A DNA stretch of 64,000 nucleotides from Candidatus Wolframiiraptor gerlachensis (GCA_021323375.2 JAJPCT020000023.1:35803-99802), one strand, 5' to 3'; shown: positions 38,276 through 47,911, counted from the stretch's first letter. Numbers and translations are program-made. The notes: generated from the sequence alone by a model not told the origin.

Positions 38276-38313
38276 GCAAGATATGCATTAGTGCATAAAT
38301 ATAAACTTTGGTG
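38275..38313 (-). promoter_or_regulatory. trp operon promoter (BRE + TATA) with TGCA repeats between TATA and TSS
   Basis: CACCAAAG-TTTATATTTAT (TATA 38305-38295); TGCA at 38275, 38284 and 38292, including the inverted repeat ATGCA-N4-TGCAT. Confidence 0.7.
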
Positions 38314-38474
38314 TTCAAAAAAGATCATTATACCGCGGCCCCGAAACAGCCTGAAGAGGTGTATAAGATGCTAGCAAGGTGGAGCCAGAAGCCGCTATAG
38401 GCATATTTCAAAGGAATAATTACGCCAATACTGGAGATAAAAGGCTAAATCAGGTGCATGTATATTATTGTGCA

Positions 38475-38843
38475 ATGTTGGATGGCGGGGAGGCGTGGGG
38501 ACGGGGTGATCTTCGGGAAGCTCTCAGGGCGATCCTTGAGACGATCTTGGGGAGGAGCTGTTTCACGGCTCTAAATTTTCATCTTAGGAAGGCTTTGGGC
38601 GAGGACCCTATTACGGCATTCTTGAGGAGGCCTAGGGACTTTTATCAGGCTTTATCCGCCTTCTTCGGCGAGAGCGGGGCGGCGGTAACCTTCAAGATAA
38701 TATGTGGTAGACTGATCCTTCTTAGCGGGTCCGAGGAATTGACCCCAGACGATGTTTACAATCTCTTGATGAGAGATGAGAATGCTGCTAGAAGAGTGAT
38801 AATCGAGATGCTTGAAAAGCTAGTGGGGGAGAAGATACGGTAG
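38475..38843 (+). CDS. Small helical hypothetical protein (NitrOD5/DUF3227-like)
   Basis: Pattern L..ILG......L..HL.......P.......P..F...L..FFG..GA; probable start ATG at 38475 downstream of an AT-rich box. Confidence 0.55.
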   Translation: MLDGGEAWGRGDLREALRAILETILGRSCFTALNFHLRKALGEDPITAFLRRPRDFYQALSAFFGESGAAVTFKIICGRLILLSGSEELTPDDVYNLLMRDENAARRVIIEMLEKLVGEKIR

Positions 38844-38890
38844 CATAGTCTAATACCTAGCCTCAAATATATCCGCGCAAGATCAGGTTT

Positions 38891-38908
38891 CCCGGCTTAT
38901 TAGCCGGG
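38891..38908. terminator. GC-rich hairpin between convergent genes, directly after the rps12 stop
   Basis: CCCGGCT-TATT-AGCCGGG perfect 7-bp stem. Confidence 0.4.
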
Positions 38909-38909
38909 T

Positions 38910-39353
38910 TTACCTCTTCGGCTTCTGTATCTTGCCCTGCACTAGAAGCTTTAGTGGAACTCCATTCACGAGCTCCACCTTGTATCGGACGCCTGGGAGA
39001 TCGCCCATGGATCTGCCTAGGGTTCCACCGATCCCGCAGATTATCACCTCATCATGCTCATCTATCACGTTGAGGGCTCCATCGCCTGGGCAGAAGGCTG
39101 TCACAACCTTTCCATTCTTTATCAGCTGGACCCTTACACACTTTCTGACGGCTGAGTTCGGCTGCCTCGACTCTATCCCGACCTTCTGGATTACTATGCC
39201 GCGGGCCATGGGGGCGCCCTCAAGCGGGTCAACCTTCTCCTTGAGCCTTAGCATCCTAACTCGATAACTCCTCTGACTCCACCTGAACTTCTTCCTATTC
39301 AGCCGGAGCTTTCTCGCAGCGAACTCGCCGTTACCCATCCCAGCCCAAGGCAA
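38910..39353 (-). CDS. rps12: 30S ribosomal protein S12 (uS12)
   Basis: [42 protein letters not shown]. Confidence 0.97.
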   Translation of the reverse strand: MPWAGMGNGEFAARKLRLNRKKFRWSQRSYRVRMLRLKEKVDPLEGAPMARGIVIQKVGIESRQPNSAVRKCVRVQLIKNGKVVTAFCPGDGALNVIDEHDEVIICGIGGTLGRSMGDLPGVRYKVELVNGVPLKLLVQGKIQKPKR

Positions 39354-39373
39354 GCCTCCCAGCTTTTAAACCT

Positions 39374-40600
39374 TCAGGCGCAAACAGGGCATCGGGCATA
39401 GGATATTATTGTTATTAGCGTAACCCGACCCTCAGCCTGGAGCTCGACGAGCCTGTTTCCGGCAGCCCAGGCCCTCTCGTCGATCTTCTCGGCGCCAATG
39501 TTCTCGAGCAGCCTCGTAAATGCCTCCAAGAATTCCGCAGCTTCCTTCTCATCCTCCCAGACTATCTTCCATCGCAGCATGTAGCTGTTGCCCCGCTCAT
39601 AGAGCTGAAGTACGTCGCCCCTCCAGCCCTCAGCCGATCTGTTAGCCGATAGGCCGTCGAGATATGCTCTAAGAACCTGCCGGATGAAGAACTCGCCAAT
39701 GACATCTTGTAAAATCAGCCTCCATTCGCCTCCAGGGTGGGGCGGCGGATCAACAATTATAGGCCTCCAGCCCTCAAGATGCTTCTCCGGGTGAAGAATC
39801 TGGGCCGTGGATCGAGGTGGATCATCATAAAGGGCGTTCACCATGCTCCAGCCGCCCCGCTCATAGACATATCTCACGAAGGGCTCGCCATAGATGTAGG
39901 GGAAGAGCCAGAGAGCCTCAAGCGGCTCGAGGATCGACTCGGGTGATGGACTACGCGGCTTAACACCATGCTCCAATAAATATTGGGAGCCTATTAGACC
40001 TGCTTCACCCTCGATAAGAGCGCTTAATGCATTCTGCTCATCAGTGGAACTCGGTCTCGGCAGGCTGAAATATTCACCTTGAAGAATATGCATTAGTTCG
40101 TGAGCGAGAATCGAGCCGGATTCAACCCTATAGGATGGATCGAAGAACTCCTTCACCACGTATATCGTGTGGTCGGCCGCGCCGGCTATCATATAGCCGC
40201 TCACCCGAACCTTGAACTCGGTTAGATTGAAGTCTTCAGGGACTATGAAGAGGGATTTTAGAACCGCCTCCTCGATCCTGACCTGTGTGATGTTTAGGCC
40301 TCCCACGCCCCAGTGCTTCACAACCCAATCCCTCGTGAGGACAATTATCTCAACATCCTCCTTGAAGCTCAGCCCGCGACTCGATTCAACCCAATCCCTC
40401 ACATATTGTAGGAGCTCGCGGATGGCCCTCTCATACTGCTCATCCGAGATTATTGTGGTCTCGGGCTTTAAGACTAGAATCGTCTCCGTTACCGTTATGG
40501 TCTTAGCCGACACCTGCCCTTGGGAGAGGAGGTATGAGAATGTAAATGATGATGCCGCTGTGATTATCAGGATTAGGATCATCCAGGTCTTAGTTTTCAT
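39374..40600 (-). CDS. Membrane-anchored zincin-like (HEXXH) surface protein
   Basis: N-terminal TM helix, AHELMHILQ + EGEA, FPY..G..FV, PP.ST.QILHPE, A.GW.GD. Confidence 0.7.
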   Translation of the reverse strand: MKTKTWMILILIITAASSFTFSYLLSQGQVSAKTITVTETILVLKPETTIISDEQYERAIRELLQYVRDWVESSRGLSFKEDVEIIVLTRDWVVKHWGVGGLNITQVRIEEAVLKSLFIVPEDFNLTEFKVRVSGYMIAGAADHTIYVVKEFFDPSYRVESGSILAHELMHILQGEYFSLPRPSSTDEQNALSALIEGEAGLIGSQYLLEHGVKPRSPSPESILEPLEALWLFPYIYGEPFVRYVYERGGWSMVNALYDDPPRSTAQILHPEKHLEGWRPIIVDPPPHPGGEWRLILQDVIGEFFIRQVLRAYLDGLSANRSAEGWRGDVLQLYERGNSYMLRWKIVWEDEKEAAEFLEAFTRLLENIGAEKIDERAWAAGNRLVELQAEGRVTLITIISYARCPVCA

Positions 40601-40658
40601 TAGCCGATGCTCTACTTGGGCTTCACGATATAAAAAAATGTTGTGGGGTACCAGTGTT

Positions 40659-41225
40659 TTATGCTGGAGGCGGTGGGGGTGGAGGCGGAGCCTTCCCAGC
40701 GGATATTTGGAAGAACGCGATTATCTGGAGTATTATCGCGACGAGGGAGATGATTGCGCCCACGAGGATTATCGTTAATACCGCGCCGATGAGGTATAGG
40801 AGGGCTGCTGTGGAGAACATCTTGATGTTCAGGCTCGTGGCTATCGAGTTGAAGCTTCGCCTTATGAATATCGCGGATATGATACCGAGTATCCAGACGA
40901 GGATAAGCACGGCTATCAGGGTCATTATCATTCCAGTAAGGGTGGCTATAGACCCGCCCGCCATGAGTAGGCTCATGCTTCCGAGAAATCCTGCGACGCC
41001 CATCATCGCCGCCACGATAGCTGAGATTATCCCTATTATCACTGCAATCAAGTAGTTTTTGAAGATCGTGCGATCGCCCGTGTGATCCGAGATATACTTG
41101 ATCGCGATGAGGACTAGGATGAAGCCGATGATACTAAACACTGTGCCAGCATGCGGGACAAATGCCAAGAGCATTAAGATGGATCCAATGCCTCCAAGAA
41201 GTCTTGCTTGCTCTAGAACTGGCAT
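40659..41225 (-). CDS. DUF996-like membrane protein
   Basis: ARLLGGIGSIL, IFKNYL, MFSTAALLYLIGAVLTIILVG, proline-rich tail. Confidence 0.8.
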   Translation of the reverse strand: MPVLEQARLLGGIGSILMLLAFVPHAGTVFSIIGFILVLIAIKYISDHTGDRTIFKNYLIAVIIGIISAIVAAMMGVAGFLGSMSLLMAGGSIATLTGMIMTLIAVLILVWILGIISAIFIRRSFNSIATSLNIKMFSTAALLYLIGAVLTIILVGAIISLVAIILQIIAFFQISAGKAPPPPPPPPA

Positions 41226-41280
41226 GCAGCAATATTGTTATATTTCGGGTATAAAAGGCTTTCAAAGATCATTCTACATG

Positions 41281-41586
41281 CTAGAGGTTCTCGAGAATTC
41301 TGATCAACGCCTGTTTAAAGTCTTCTGGGGATGCTCCCTCAATCCATTCGACCCTCTCTCTTAGGAAGTCGTCGAGCTTGTTCAATAGCTTGTCTCTCTC
41401 CTTGATGCTTAGCCCCACTAGGGACTCACCGATTCTATTGAGCTCCTCAGCCGGCTCTCCGAAGAAGTCCCCGGTAAAGGTTGCATGCATTATCATGTCA
41501 TCGCGTATGGTTATGCATAGCCTCACCGTCTTTCCCCTTTCAGACCTGTATACTATGCTTCTCCTAATCTCCGCCCGCAAGCCCAA
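41281..41586 (-). CDS. lplB: Lipoate-protein ligase C-terminal accessory subunit
   Basis: K.VRL.I, TGDFF.EP motif; overlaps the lplA 3' end. Confidence 0.8.
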   Translation of the reverse strand: MGLRAEIRRSIVYRSERGKTVRLCITIRDDMIMHATFTGDFFGEPAEELNRIGESLVGLSIKERDKLLNKLDDFLRERVEWIEGASPEDFKQALIRILENL

Positions 41587-42421
41587 TCCTCCTGAGTATC
41601 AACGCATCCCTATCCCTGTCTGGGCATCCTCTACATGGCCCCAGATTCCAGTTTACTGTCAGGTACTTATTCCTATAAAGATCCTCGGCCATTTTCTTCT
41701 CCCAGCTTGTCAGCTCACCAGGCATGAACTCCACGCCGAATATCTCCTCGAATCCTTTCAGGAGGGCGGTCTTAACCTCATCCATTGTTATCTCGCGGTT
41801 GAGTTCATCCCTCAAGGTCGTGACTCTCGCCCTCACACTACCCACGCCCTTAGCCTCAAGCTTCTCCCTCGGCACGTTAAGCACCCTTGAAAGTATCTCG
41901 ATATTCGATCCCACGAGCAGGCATCCATGAATGAATAGGAGATTTCTCGTAAGCGTCCCGGCCATGCCTGATATCTTCCTACCCCCAACCTGAATATCAT
42001 TCACTGGGATGAACTCGGCCTTCACGCCGAGCTTCTCCAAGCCCGTTATCACCGCCCCGCCCACCATCCTATACCCCTCTAGGACATTGTCGCCGGGTAT
42101 TGGGCTCGGCCTCCTAAACGAGATCGCATAATTGAGATTACATATATCATGATATACTGCTCCTCCTCCAGTAAATCTCCTAACGACCTTCACACCATAC
42201 TTCACGCATTCTTCAAGCCTTATCTCGAGACTCACGCACTGGAAGGCCCCTATAACTATGGCGTTATCATTTCTCCAGAGTCTCAGGGTTGTTGGCGCAA
42301 CCCCCTCACTAACTGCCCTAGCTACCGCCTCCTCAACCGCTAGGTTATAGTATGGGTCTTCTGGCCACTCGGCCTCAAGAAGCCTCCACCTCCCTCCAGC
42401 CGAGGCCATTCTCGCGCTCAC
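41564..42421 (-). CDS. lplA: Lipoate-protein ligase catalytic subunit
   Basis: NLAVEEA, RRFTGGGAVYHD, NDI..GGRKISG. Confidence 0.92.
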   Translation of the reverse strand: MSARMASAGGRWRLLEAEWPEDPYYNLAVEEAVARAVSEGVAPTTLRLWRNDNAIVIGAFQCVSLEIRLEECVKYGVKVVRRFTGGGAVYHDICNLNYAISFRRPSPIPGDNVLEGYRMVGGAVITGLEKLGVKAEFIPVNDIQVGGRKISGMAGTLTRNLLFIHGCLLVGSNIEILSRVLNVPREKLEAKGVGSVRARVTTLRDELNREITMDEVKTALLKGFEEIFGVEFMPGELTSWEKKMAEDLYRNKYLTVNWNLGPCRGCPDRDRDALILRRIGLAGGD

Positions 42422-42550
42422 CCCATCATCCTCTAGCGAGGGAATACTGGATATATAATTTCATGATGCGGCTTGATATGGAAATGGTTCCGAGGTGGGG
42501 ATGACGAAATTTTTATCATATTCTGGTGGGCAATTCTGGCGTGAGGACAT

Positions 42551-44095
42551 ATGGAGGAGTGCGTTGTCGGCGTGGATGTGGGGACCTCCGGGTGTAAGAT
42601 TCTCGCGGTCTCGCGTGAGCTTGAGGTTGTTGGTGAGAGGTTTGGGAGATATCCCACGTATATACCTAGGCCGGGCTGGGTTGAGCAGAACCCAGACGAC
42701 TGGTGGGATGTTGCGAGGCGCCTGCTGGCGGAGCTTGCCGGCGAGCTGCGTGCTAAGGGGTATGAGATAGCGGGAATAGGGCTGACAGGCCAGATGCATG
42801 GGCTCGTTCTGCTCGATGAGCATGGTAGAGTCCTGAGGCCATGTATAATGTGGAATGATCAGAGGAATTATAAGCAGTGTCTCCATGCGATAGAGAGGCT
42901 GGGCGGGCTTGAGAACGTCGTAAAGCTGATTAATAACGGCATAATGCCCGGGTTCACGGTGGGGAAGATACTCTGGGTCATGGAGAATGAGCCACATATA
43001 TTCACCAAGGCTAGAAAATTCCTGAACCCCAAGGACTATATTAGGTTCAAGCTAACAGGAGACTATGCTACGGATGTGAGCGAGGCCTCCGGGACACATA
43101 TGTTCGATGTCAGGAATAGGAGGTGGTGTCGCGAGATCTTGGAGACTCTGAATATACCTGAGCAGATATTGCCAGATCGAGTTGTTGAGTCGAGCGAGGT
43201 GACGGGCTATGTTGCTGACGAGGTTGCTAGCGAGATTGGGCTCAGAGGCGAGGTGGCTGTCGTTGGTGGTGGAGGGGACGCCGTCCTCCAGCTAGCTGCA
43301 TCCGGCTCAACAAGCCCAAGCAAGCTATGCATACTAATAGGAACCTCTGGAGTTGTTGGGCTGACCGTGGACGAGTTCTTCGAGAACAGCGAAGGGATAC
43401 TACAATTCTACTGCAATGTTATGCCCGGGAGATGGATGGTCTTTGGATGCACGCTAGCCGCCGGCGGCTCCCTAGAATGGTTTAGGGAGGCTCTCGCTGA
43501 CGCTGAGGGGGCTGTAGCGAGATTATGCGGCAGATCCGTCTTCGACATACTTTCCGAGGAGGCTCAGCAGTCTCCATTAGGATCTAGGGGGGTCTTTTTC
43601 CTACCATATCTGGCTGGCGAGCGCGCACCTCACACTGATCCCAATGCACGGGGAGTGTTCATAGGGCTAAACCTGAGCACTAGGAAGCCTGATATCGTTA
43701 GAAGCGTCTTGGAGGGCGTGGCCTATAGCTTAAGGAGCCTAGGCGATATGCTTAGGAGAAAGTCGAGGAGCGAGATAAGGGAGGTATACATCTCCGGCGG
43801 CGGGGCTCTAAGCAACGTCTGGAGGCAGATATTCGCGGATGTATTCGGTGTAAGGGTGAGGGTGCTGAAGTATAGCGAGAAGGGAGGGTCACTGGGCGCG
43901 GCGTTACTAGCGGGGATCGGGGTAGGTATGTGGGCGAGGCTCGAGGATGCTGTTGAAAGCCTTGAGATAACTCATGAGAACGACTACAACCCGGAGAACC
44001 ATGAGAAATATGAGAGGCTCTTCAGGATATATGAGAAGCTCTATCCGATCCTAAAGCCAGCTTTCGACCTGATTGCCGAAGAGGCGCAGACATAG
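42551..44095 (+). CDS. xylB: Xylulokinase (FGGY carbohydrate kinase)
   Basis: GVDVGTSG, GQMHG, WNDQR, TDVSEASGT, FLPYLAGERAP, GGGA. Confidence 0.85.
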   Translation: MEECVVGVDVGTSGCKILAVSRELEVVGERFGRYPTYIPRPGWVEQNPDDWWDVARRLLAELAGELRAKGYEIAGIGLTGQMHGLVLLDEHGRVLRPCIMWNDQRNYKQCLHAIERLGGLENVVKLINNGIMPGFTVGKILWVMENEPHIFTKARKFLNPKDYIRFKLTGDYATDVSEASGTHMFDVRNRRWCREILETLNIPEQILPDRVVESSEVTGYVADEVASEIGLRGEVAVVGGGGDAVLQLAASGSTSPSKLCILIGTSGVVGLTVDEFFENSEGILQFYCNVMPGRWMVFGCTLAAGGSLEWFREALADAEGAVARLCGRSVFDILSEEAQQSPLGSRGVFFLPYLAGERAPHTDPNARGVFIGLNLSTRKPDIVRSVLEGVAYSLRSLGDMLRRKSRSEIREVYISGGGALSNVWRQIFADVFGVRVRVLKYSEKGGSLGAALLAGIGVGMWARLEDAVESLEITHENDYNPENHEKYERLFRIYEKLYPILKPAFDLIAEEAQT

Positions 44096-44132
44096 AGGCC
44101 GCGCATCATCAATATCCTTTTTCCACAAAACC

Positions 44133-44576
44133 TTACCGCCTAGAACTTCTCAGGAGATATGCTATCAACTCATTTTCCACTATTCGCTCCCATCCAGAGA
44201 GGTTGGAGAGATGTACATCCTCCGATAATGGTATTATTAGGATGTCTGTGCCGATCCTACTGCCGAGCTCGGCGAGTCTTGGTATAAGCTCGAATGGTGG
44301 TCGAATTGAGTAGATCAGGTCCGCGCCCTCGTAGACCTCTTCATCGGGCTCGAATATGTCATCAACAAGAGATTTTACACCCATCCCATTAAGCTCTCTC
44401 ACGACCTCTTGATCAATATCCGTCGCTACTATCTCGACATTAGGCAATAGGGATCTCAGCTGCAGCAGTGTGTAGGGTGATCTGCCCACCCCCACCTCAA
44501 TTATCTTCCTAGCTCTTGGATATAATTTCGAGATGAGGTGGGCTATTTTGGAAAAATATGTTGGTGGGTTAGTCAA
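44133..44576 (-). CDS. UPF0146 family protein
   Basis: IIEVGVG, ATDI, DDIFEP, YEGADLIYSIRPP.EL; likely TTG start at 44576 overlapping the ppsA stop. Confidence 0.8.
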   Translation of the reverse strand: MTNPPTYFSKIAHLISKLYPRARKIIEVGVGRSPYTLLQLRSLLPNVEIVATDIDQEVVRELNGMGVKSLVDDIFEPDEEVYEGADLIYSIRPPFELIPRLAELGSRIGTDILIIPLSEDVHLSNLSGWERIVENELIAYLLRSSRR

Positions 44577-47019
44577 GCTCGGGCGACCATTCAAATATCT
44601 TTCCGCGTTCTCGCGTCCTCCTGTCAAGGTTGTTGAGCCTCTCCTCAAGCTCCATTAGCCTCTCCAGCATGATCTTTCTCTCGATCGAGGCCACAAGCTC
44701 CCTCGTCTCGATGACCTTGTCCGGGTTGACGGATATGCTCGTGACACCCTCCCTCACGAGGAACTCGACCATGTCCGGGTAGTTGGATGGCGCTTGGCCG
44801 CAGACGCTCGTCGTCACGCCATGCTTCCTACACACCCTTATGACGTGGCTTAGCGCCCTCTTAACAGCCAGGTTCCTCTCATCGTATATCTCCTGCACCG
44901 CCGCGTCATCTCTATCTATCCCGAGGATGAGCATTGTTAGGTCGTTTGTCCCGAAGCTGACGCCATCTATCCCAGCCTCGATGAACTTGTCGATGAGCAG
45001 GACCGTGCTTGGGACCTCGACCATTATCCATACCTTGAAGTCTGGTCCTTGGATGAGGCCCTCCTCCTCCATTATCCTCTTAGCTTGGATGAATTCCTCG
45101 ACCCTCCTGACGAATGGCACCATGACCCAGACGTTCTTCAGCCCATACTCCTCCCTAACCTTCTTGATAGCCCTGCACTCCAGCCTGAATATATCCGGCT
45201 CCTTGATGTATCTGAACGCGCCCCTGTAGCCTATTAGTGGATTGGGGCCGACGTGTCCAGCCTCCTTCTCATACTTCTCTCCACCGGGTAGCGCGAGGAA
45301 CTCATCGGGCTTGAAGTCCAAGAACCTGTAGACGACGGGCCTTGGATAGAATGCCTGGGCAACCTTTCTTATCCCCTCGGCGAATGCATCGATCATCTTC
45401 TGCTCTCCACCCTCCTCGATGAGGAGCCTCGGGTGCTTCCCGATGCTCACCATCATGTGCTCCGCCCTTAGTAGGCCGACGCCATCTGCCTGCGTCTCCC
45501 TCGCGATCTTATCGGCGATCTCAGGGATGCTTATGTTGACGTAGATCTTCGTCCCGGTGATCACCGGAGCGCGGGCGGCGACAGCCACCTCCGCCACCTT
45601 CTCCTCAGCCGGCTTAACAAGCTCCTCGACCGCGCCCTCGTAAATGACTCCAGACCTAGCATCCACGGTGTAGGTCTCACCATCCCTCAGCATCTTAGTG
45701 GCGTCCCTCGCGCCGACTATGCATGGTATCCCGAGCTCCCTGGAGACTATGGCCGCATGGCAGGTCATCCCACCCTCATCCGTCACGATAGCCCCTGCAA
45801 GCCTCATGTATGGCACCCAGTCCGGGTTCGTCATCTTCGTGACGAGGATGTCTCCCTTCTGGATCTTCTTAGCGGCCTCCTCGGGCGAGAAGACTATCTT
45901 GGCCTTCCCCACGTGGACCCCGGGGCTCGCGGGCAGGCCCTTTATGACTATCTTCGCCTCTGCGACGGAGACTGCGGATGAGCCTGAGGATGCGGCAGCC
46001 TCCACCTCCTTCATGCTCCAGACCGTCTCGGGCCTAGACTGGACTATGAAGAGGTTCTGCGGGAAGGGTAGATCCCTGTCGACCGCGAACTCTATGTCCT
46101 GCGGCGTGCCATAATGCTGCTCAATCCGCTTCGCTATCTTCGCGAGCTCCACAACCTCCTCATCCGTCAGGCTTGGGGCCTCCTGCCTCTCCGGCGGGAC
46201 CTTAGCATGCACGGTCTTACCTGTCTTCGGGTCCCTGACGTACTCAACCTCCTTCTTCACGATATTCTTTGTTATGATCTTCAGGGCGTTCTTGTCGACC
46301 TCGAAGTGGTCTGGGGTTACTGCTCCGGAAACTATCGCTTCTCCAAGGCCCCAAACCGACTCGATTACTATGATGTTCCTGTCGCCAGTCACGGGGTGTA
46401 TTGTGAACATGACGCCGGCGGACCTGCTATTAACCATCTTCTGAACCGCGACGCTGATTAGGACCTTCTCATGCCTGAATCCCTTCTCAGTCCTATAGAA
46501 TATTGCTCTAGGCGTGAAGAGGCTTGACCAGCATCTTCTAACGGACTCGAGCACCTCCTCCTCTCCCCTGACATTCAGGTAGGTCTCCTGCTGGCCGGCG
46601 AAGGATGCTCCTGGGAGGTCCTCCGCGGTGGCCGAGGATCTGACTGCGACATAAACATCCTTCAAGCCCACCCTCCTCGAGAGCTCCCGGTATGCCTCGA
46701 CTATTGCGTCGCGGATATCTTTTGGTATCGGCGTAGACTCTATGAGGCTCCTAATCTTCCTTGAGGCTTCCTCATATTGGGTCGGGTTCCTAGGATCCGT
46801 TATGGTCTCATCGAGTATGTCGTAGATCTTCTGGGCTATCCCGGTCTCCTCGATGAACCTCTTATAAGCATATGCGGTTACCGCGAAACCCGGTGGAACA
46901 GGTATCCCAGCATTAATCATCTCTCCCAAGTTGGCGCATTTCCCGCCAACGAGAGGTATATCCTCCTTGCCCAGCTCCTCGAACCAGAGTATTAGGGCTT
47001 GGGACTTATCCTTAGCCAA
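44569..47019 (-). CDS. ppsA: Phosphoenolpyruvate synthase
   Basis: VGGKCANLGEM, AVRSSATAED, TCHAAIVSRE phospho-His, GVGLLRAE, SFGTNDLT. Confidence 0.96.
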   Translation of the reverse strand: MAKDKSQALILWFEELGKEDIPLVGGKCANLGEMINAGIPVPPGFAVTAYAYKRFIEETGIAQKIYDILDETITDPRNPTQYEEASRKIRSLIESTPIPKDIRDAIVEAYRELSRRVGLKDVYVAVRSSATAEDLPGASFAGQQETYLNVRGEEEVLESVRRCWSSLFTPRAIFYRTEKGFRHEKVLISVAVQKMVNSRSAGVMFTIHPVTGDRNIIVIESVWGLGEAIVSGAVTPDHFEVDKNALKIITKNIVKKEVEYVRDPKTGKTVHAKVPPERQEAPSLTDEEVVELAKIAKRIEQHYGTPQDIEFAVDRDLPFPQNLFIVQSRPETVWSMKEVEAAASSGSSAVSVAEAKIVIKGLPASPGVHVGKAKIVFSPEEAAKKIQKGDILVTKMTNPDWVPYMRLAGAIVTDEGGMTCHAAIVSRELGIPCIVGARDATKMLRDGETYTVDARSGVIYEGAVEELVKPAEEKVAEVAVAARAPVITGTKIYVNISIPEIADKIARETQADGVGLLRAEHMMVSIGKHPRLLIEEGGEQKMIDAFAEGIRKVAQAFYPRPVVYRFLDFKPDEFLALPGGEKYEKEAGHVGPNPLIGYRGAFRYIKEPDIFRLECRAIKKVREEYGLKNVWVMVPFVRRVEEFIQAKRIMEEEGLIQGPDFKVWIMVEVPSTVLLIDKFIEAGIDGVSFGTNDLTMLILGIDRDDAAVQEIYDERNLAVKRALSHVIRVCRKHGVTTSVCGQAPSNYPDMVEFLVREGVTSISVNPDKVIETRELVASIERKIMLERLMELEERLNNLDRRTRERGKIFEWSPELD

Positions 47020-47094
47020 TCTAACACACCTCCTCTTCCGGCCTTCAAGCGAGATAAACCAGCTAATGAATATTCCCCGATAATAGGGGGCTAT

Positions 47095-47550
47095 TCACCG
47101 AATTATGACATGATCCACGTCATGATGCCTCTTGGCTAATAGGCGGACCAACTCGATCATTCTCCCAGCCCTTCCAATGGCCATTGCCTTATACCTAGGA
47201 TCCACCGAGGCGACGGCTATCTTCCGCCCATCAGGCCTCTCCGCCATCCTGACGGGCTCTAGAAGCCTCGCAGGCTGAAGGGCGTTCTCTATGAACTTCG
47301 CCGGATCACGCGAGTACTCGACAATCTTCACCCTCTTCTTGATGAGCCTTGCGAAGTCCTGTATCCTGAACTCTCTGCTGGAGAAGATTTTTTGAAGCTC
47401 TCCCTCGCCGACCACGAAGACTACCATATCCCCATGCTCCACGCAGTCGATTATGTTTGCCCCCGTGGCCGCCTCGAGTAGGGAGATGTAGCGCATCTCT
47501 TTATCCGTCAGCTTTATTCCCTCGCTCAATGCTCGAGCCCCCTTCACCAT
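47095..47550 (-). CDS. nusA: Archaeal NusA (KH-domain transcription factor)
   Basis: IKLT..EMRYI, VEYS.DP.KFI.NAL.P, AIGRAG; conserved position after rpl30e. Confidence 0.9.
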   Translation of the reverse strand: MVKGARALSEGIKLTDKEMRYISLLEAATGANIIDCVEHGDMVVFVVGEGELQKIFSSREFRIQDFARLIKKRVKIVEYSRDPAKFIENALQPARLLEPVRMAERPDGRKIAVASVDPRYKAMAIGRAGRMIELVRLLAKRHHDVDHVIIR

Positions 47551-47557
47551 CTAGTGG

Positions 47558-47911
47558 CTAGGTCTCCGTCTCTTCCGGCTTCGGCATTACCTCCTCAAGT
47601 ATCGTTGAGCTTCCCAGATCCGTTACCGAGATAACCGCTGCGGGGAAGGGCTTTCCAGCAAGGTATCCCAGCTCGTTCCCGGGCACCTTAACCTTCAGAA
47701 AGGGTGTCCCCGTCATCTTGCAAGCCACGATTATCTCGCGCTCTAGGTTAGGTGGGCAGTTTCCCGCGAGTATCACCAGCTTAGACTTTCTATGCAGCAC
47801 GGAGAGGAGTGACTGCCTAAATCCGAGAATCATCTTCCCAGTTCTAGAGATCACCTCTAGGTGTCTTCTAAGATCCTTGACCTCTTTAGCTGGTATTTCC
47901 TCCCTCAGCAT
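47558..47911 (-). CDS. rpl30e: 50S ribosomal protein L30e
   Basis: TGK.ILG, KLVILA.NCP, ELG...GKPF; conserved position after rpoA. Confidence 0.92.
   Translation of the reverse strand: MLREEIPAKEVKDLRRHLEVISRTGKMILGFRQSLLSVLHRKSKLVILAGNCPPNLEREIIVACKMTGTPFLKVKVPGNELGYLAGKPFPAAVISVTDLGSSTILEEVMPKPEETET

Noticed and set aside
40659-40690. GGN repeat tract
   Set aside because: Simply encodes the poly-proline tail of the DUF996-like protein
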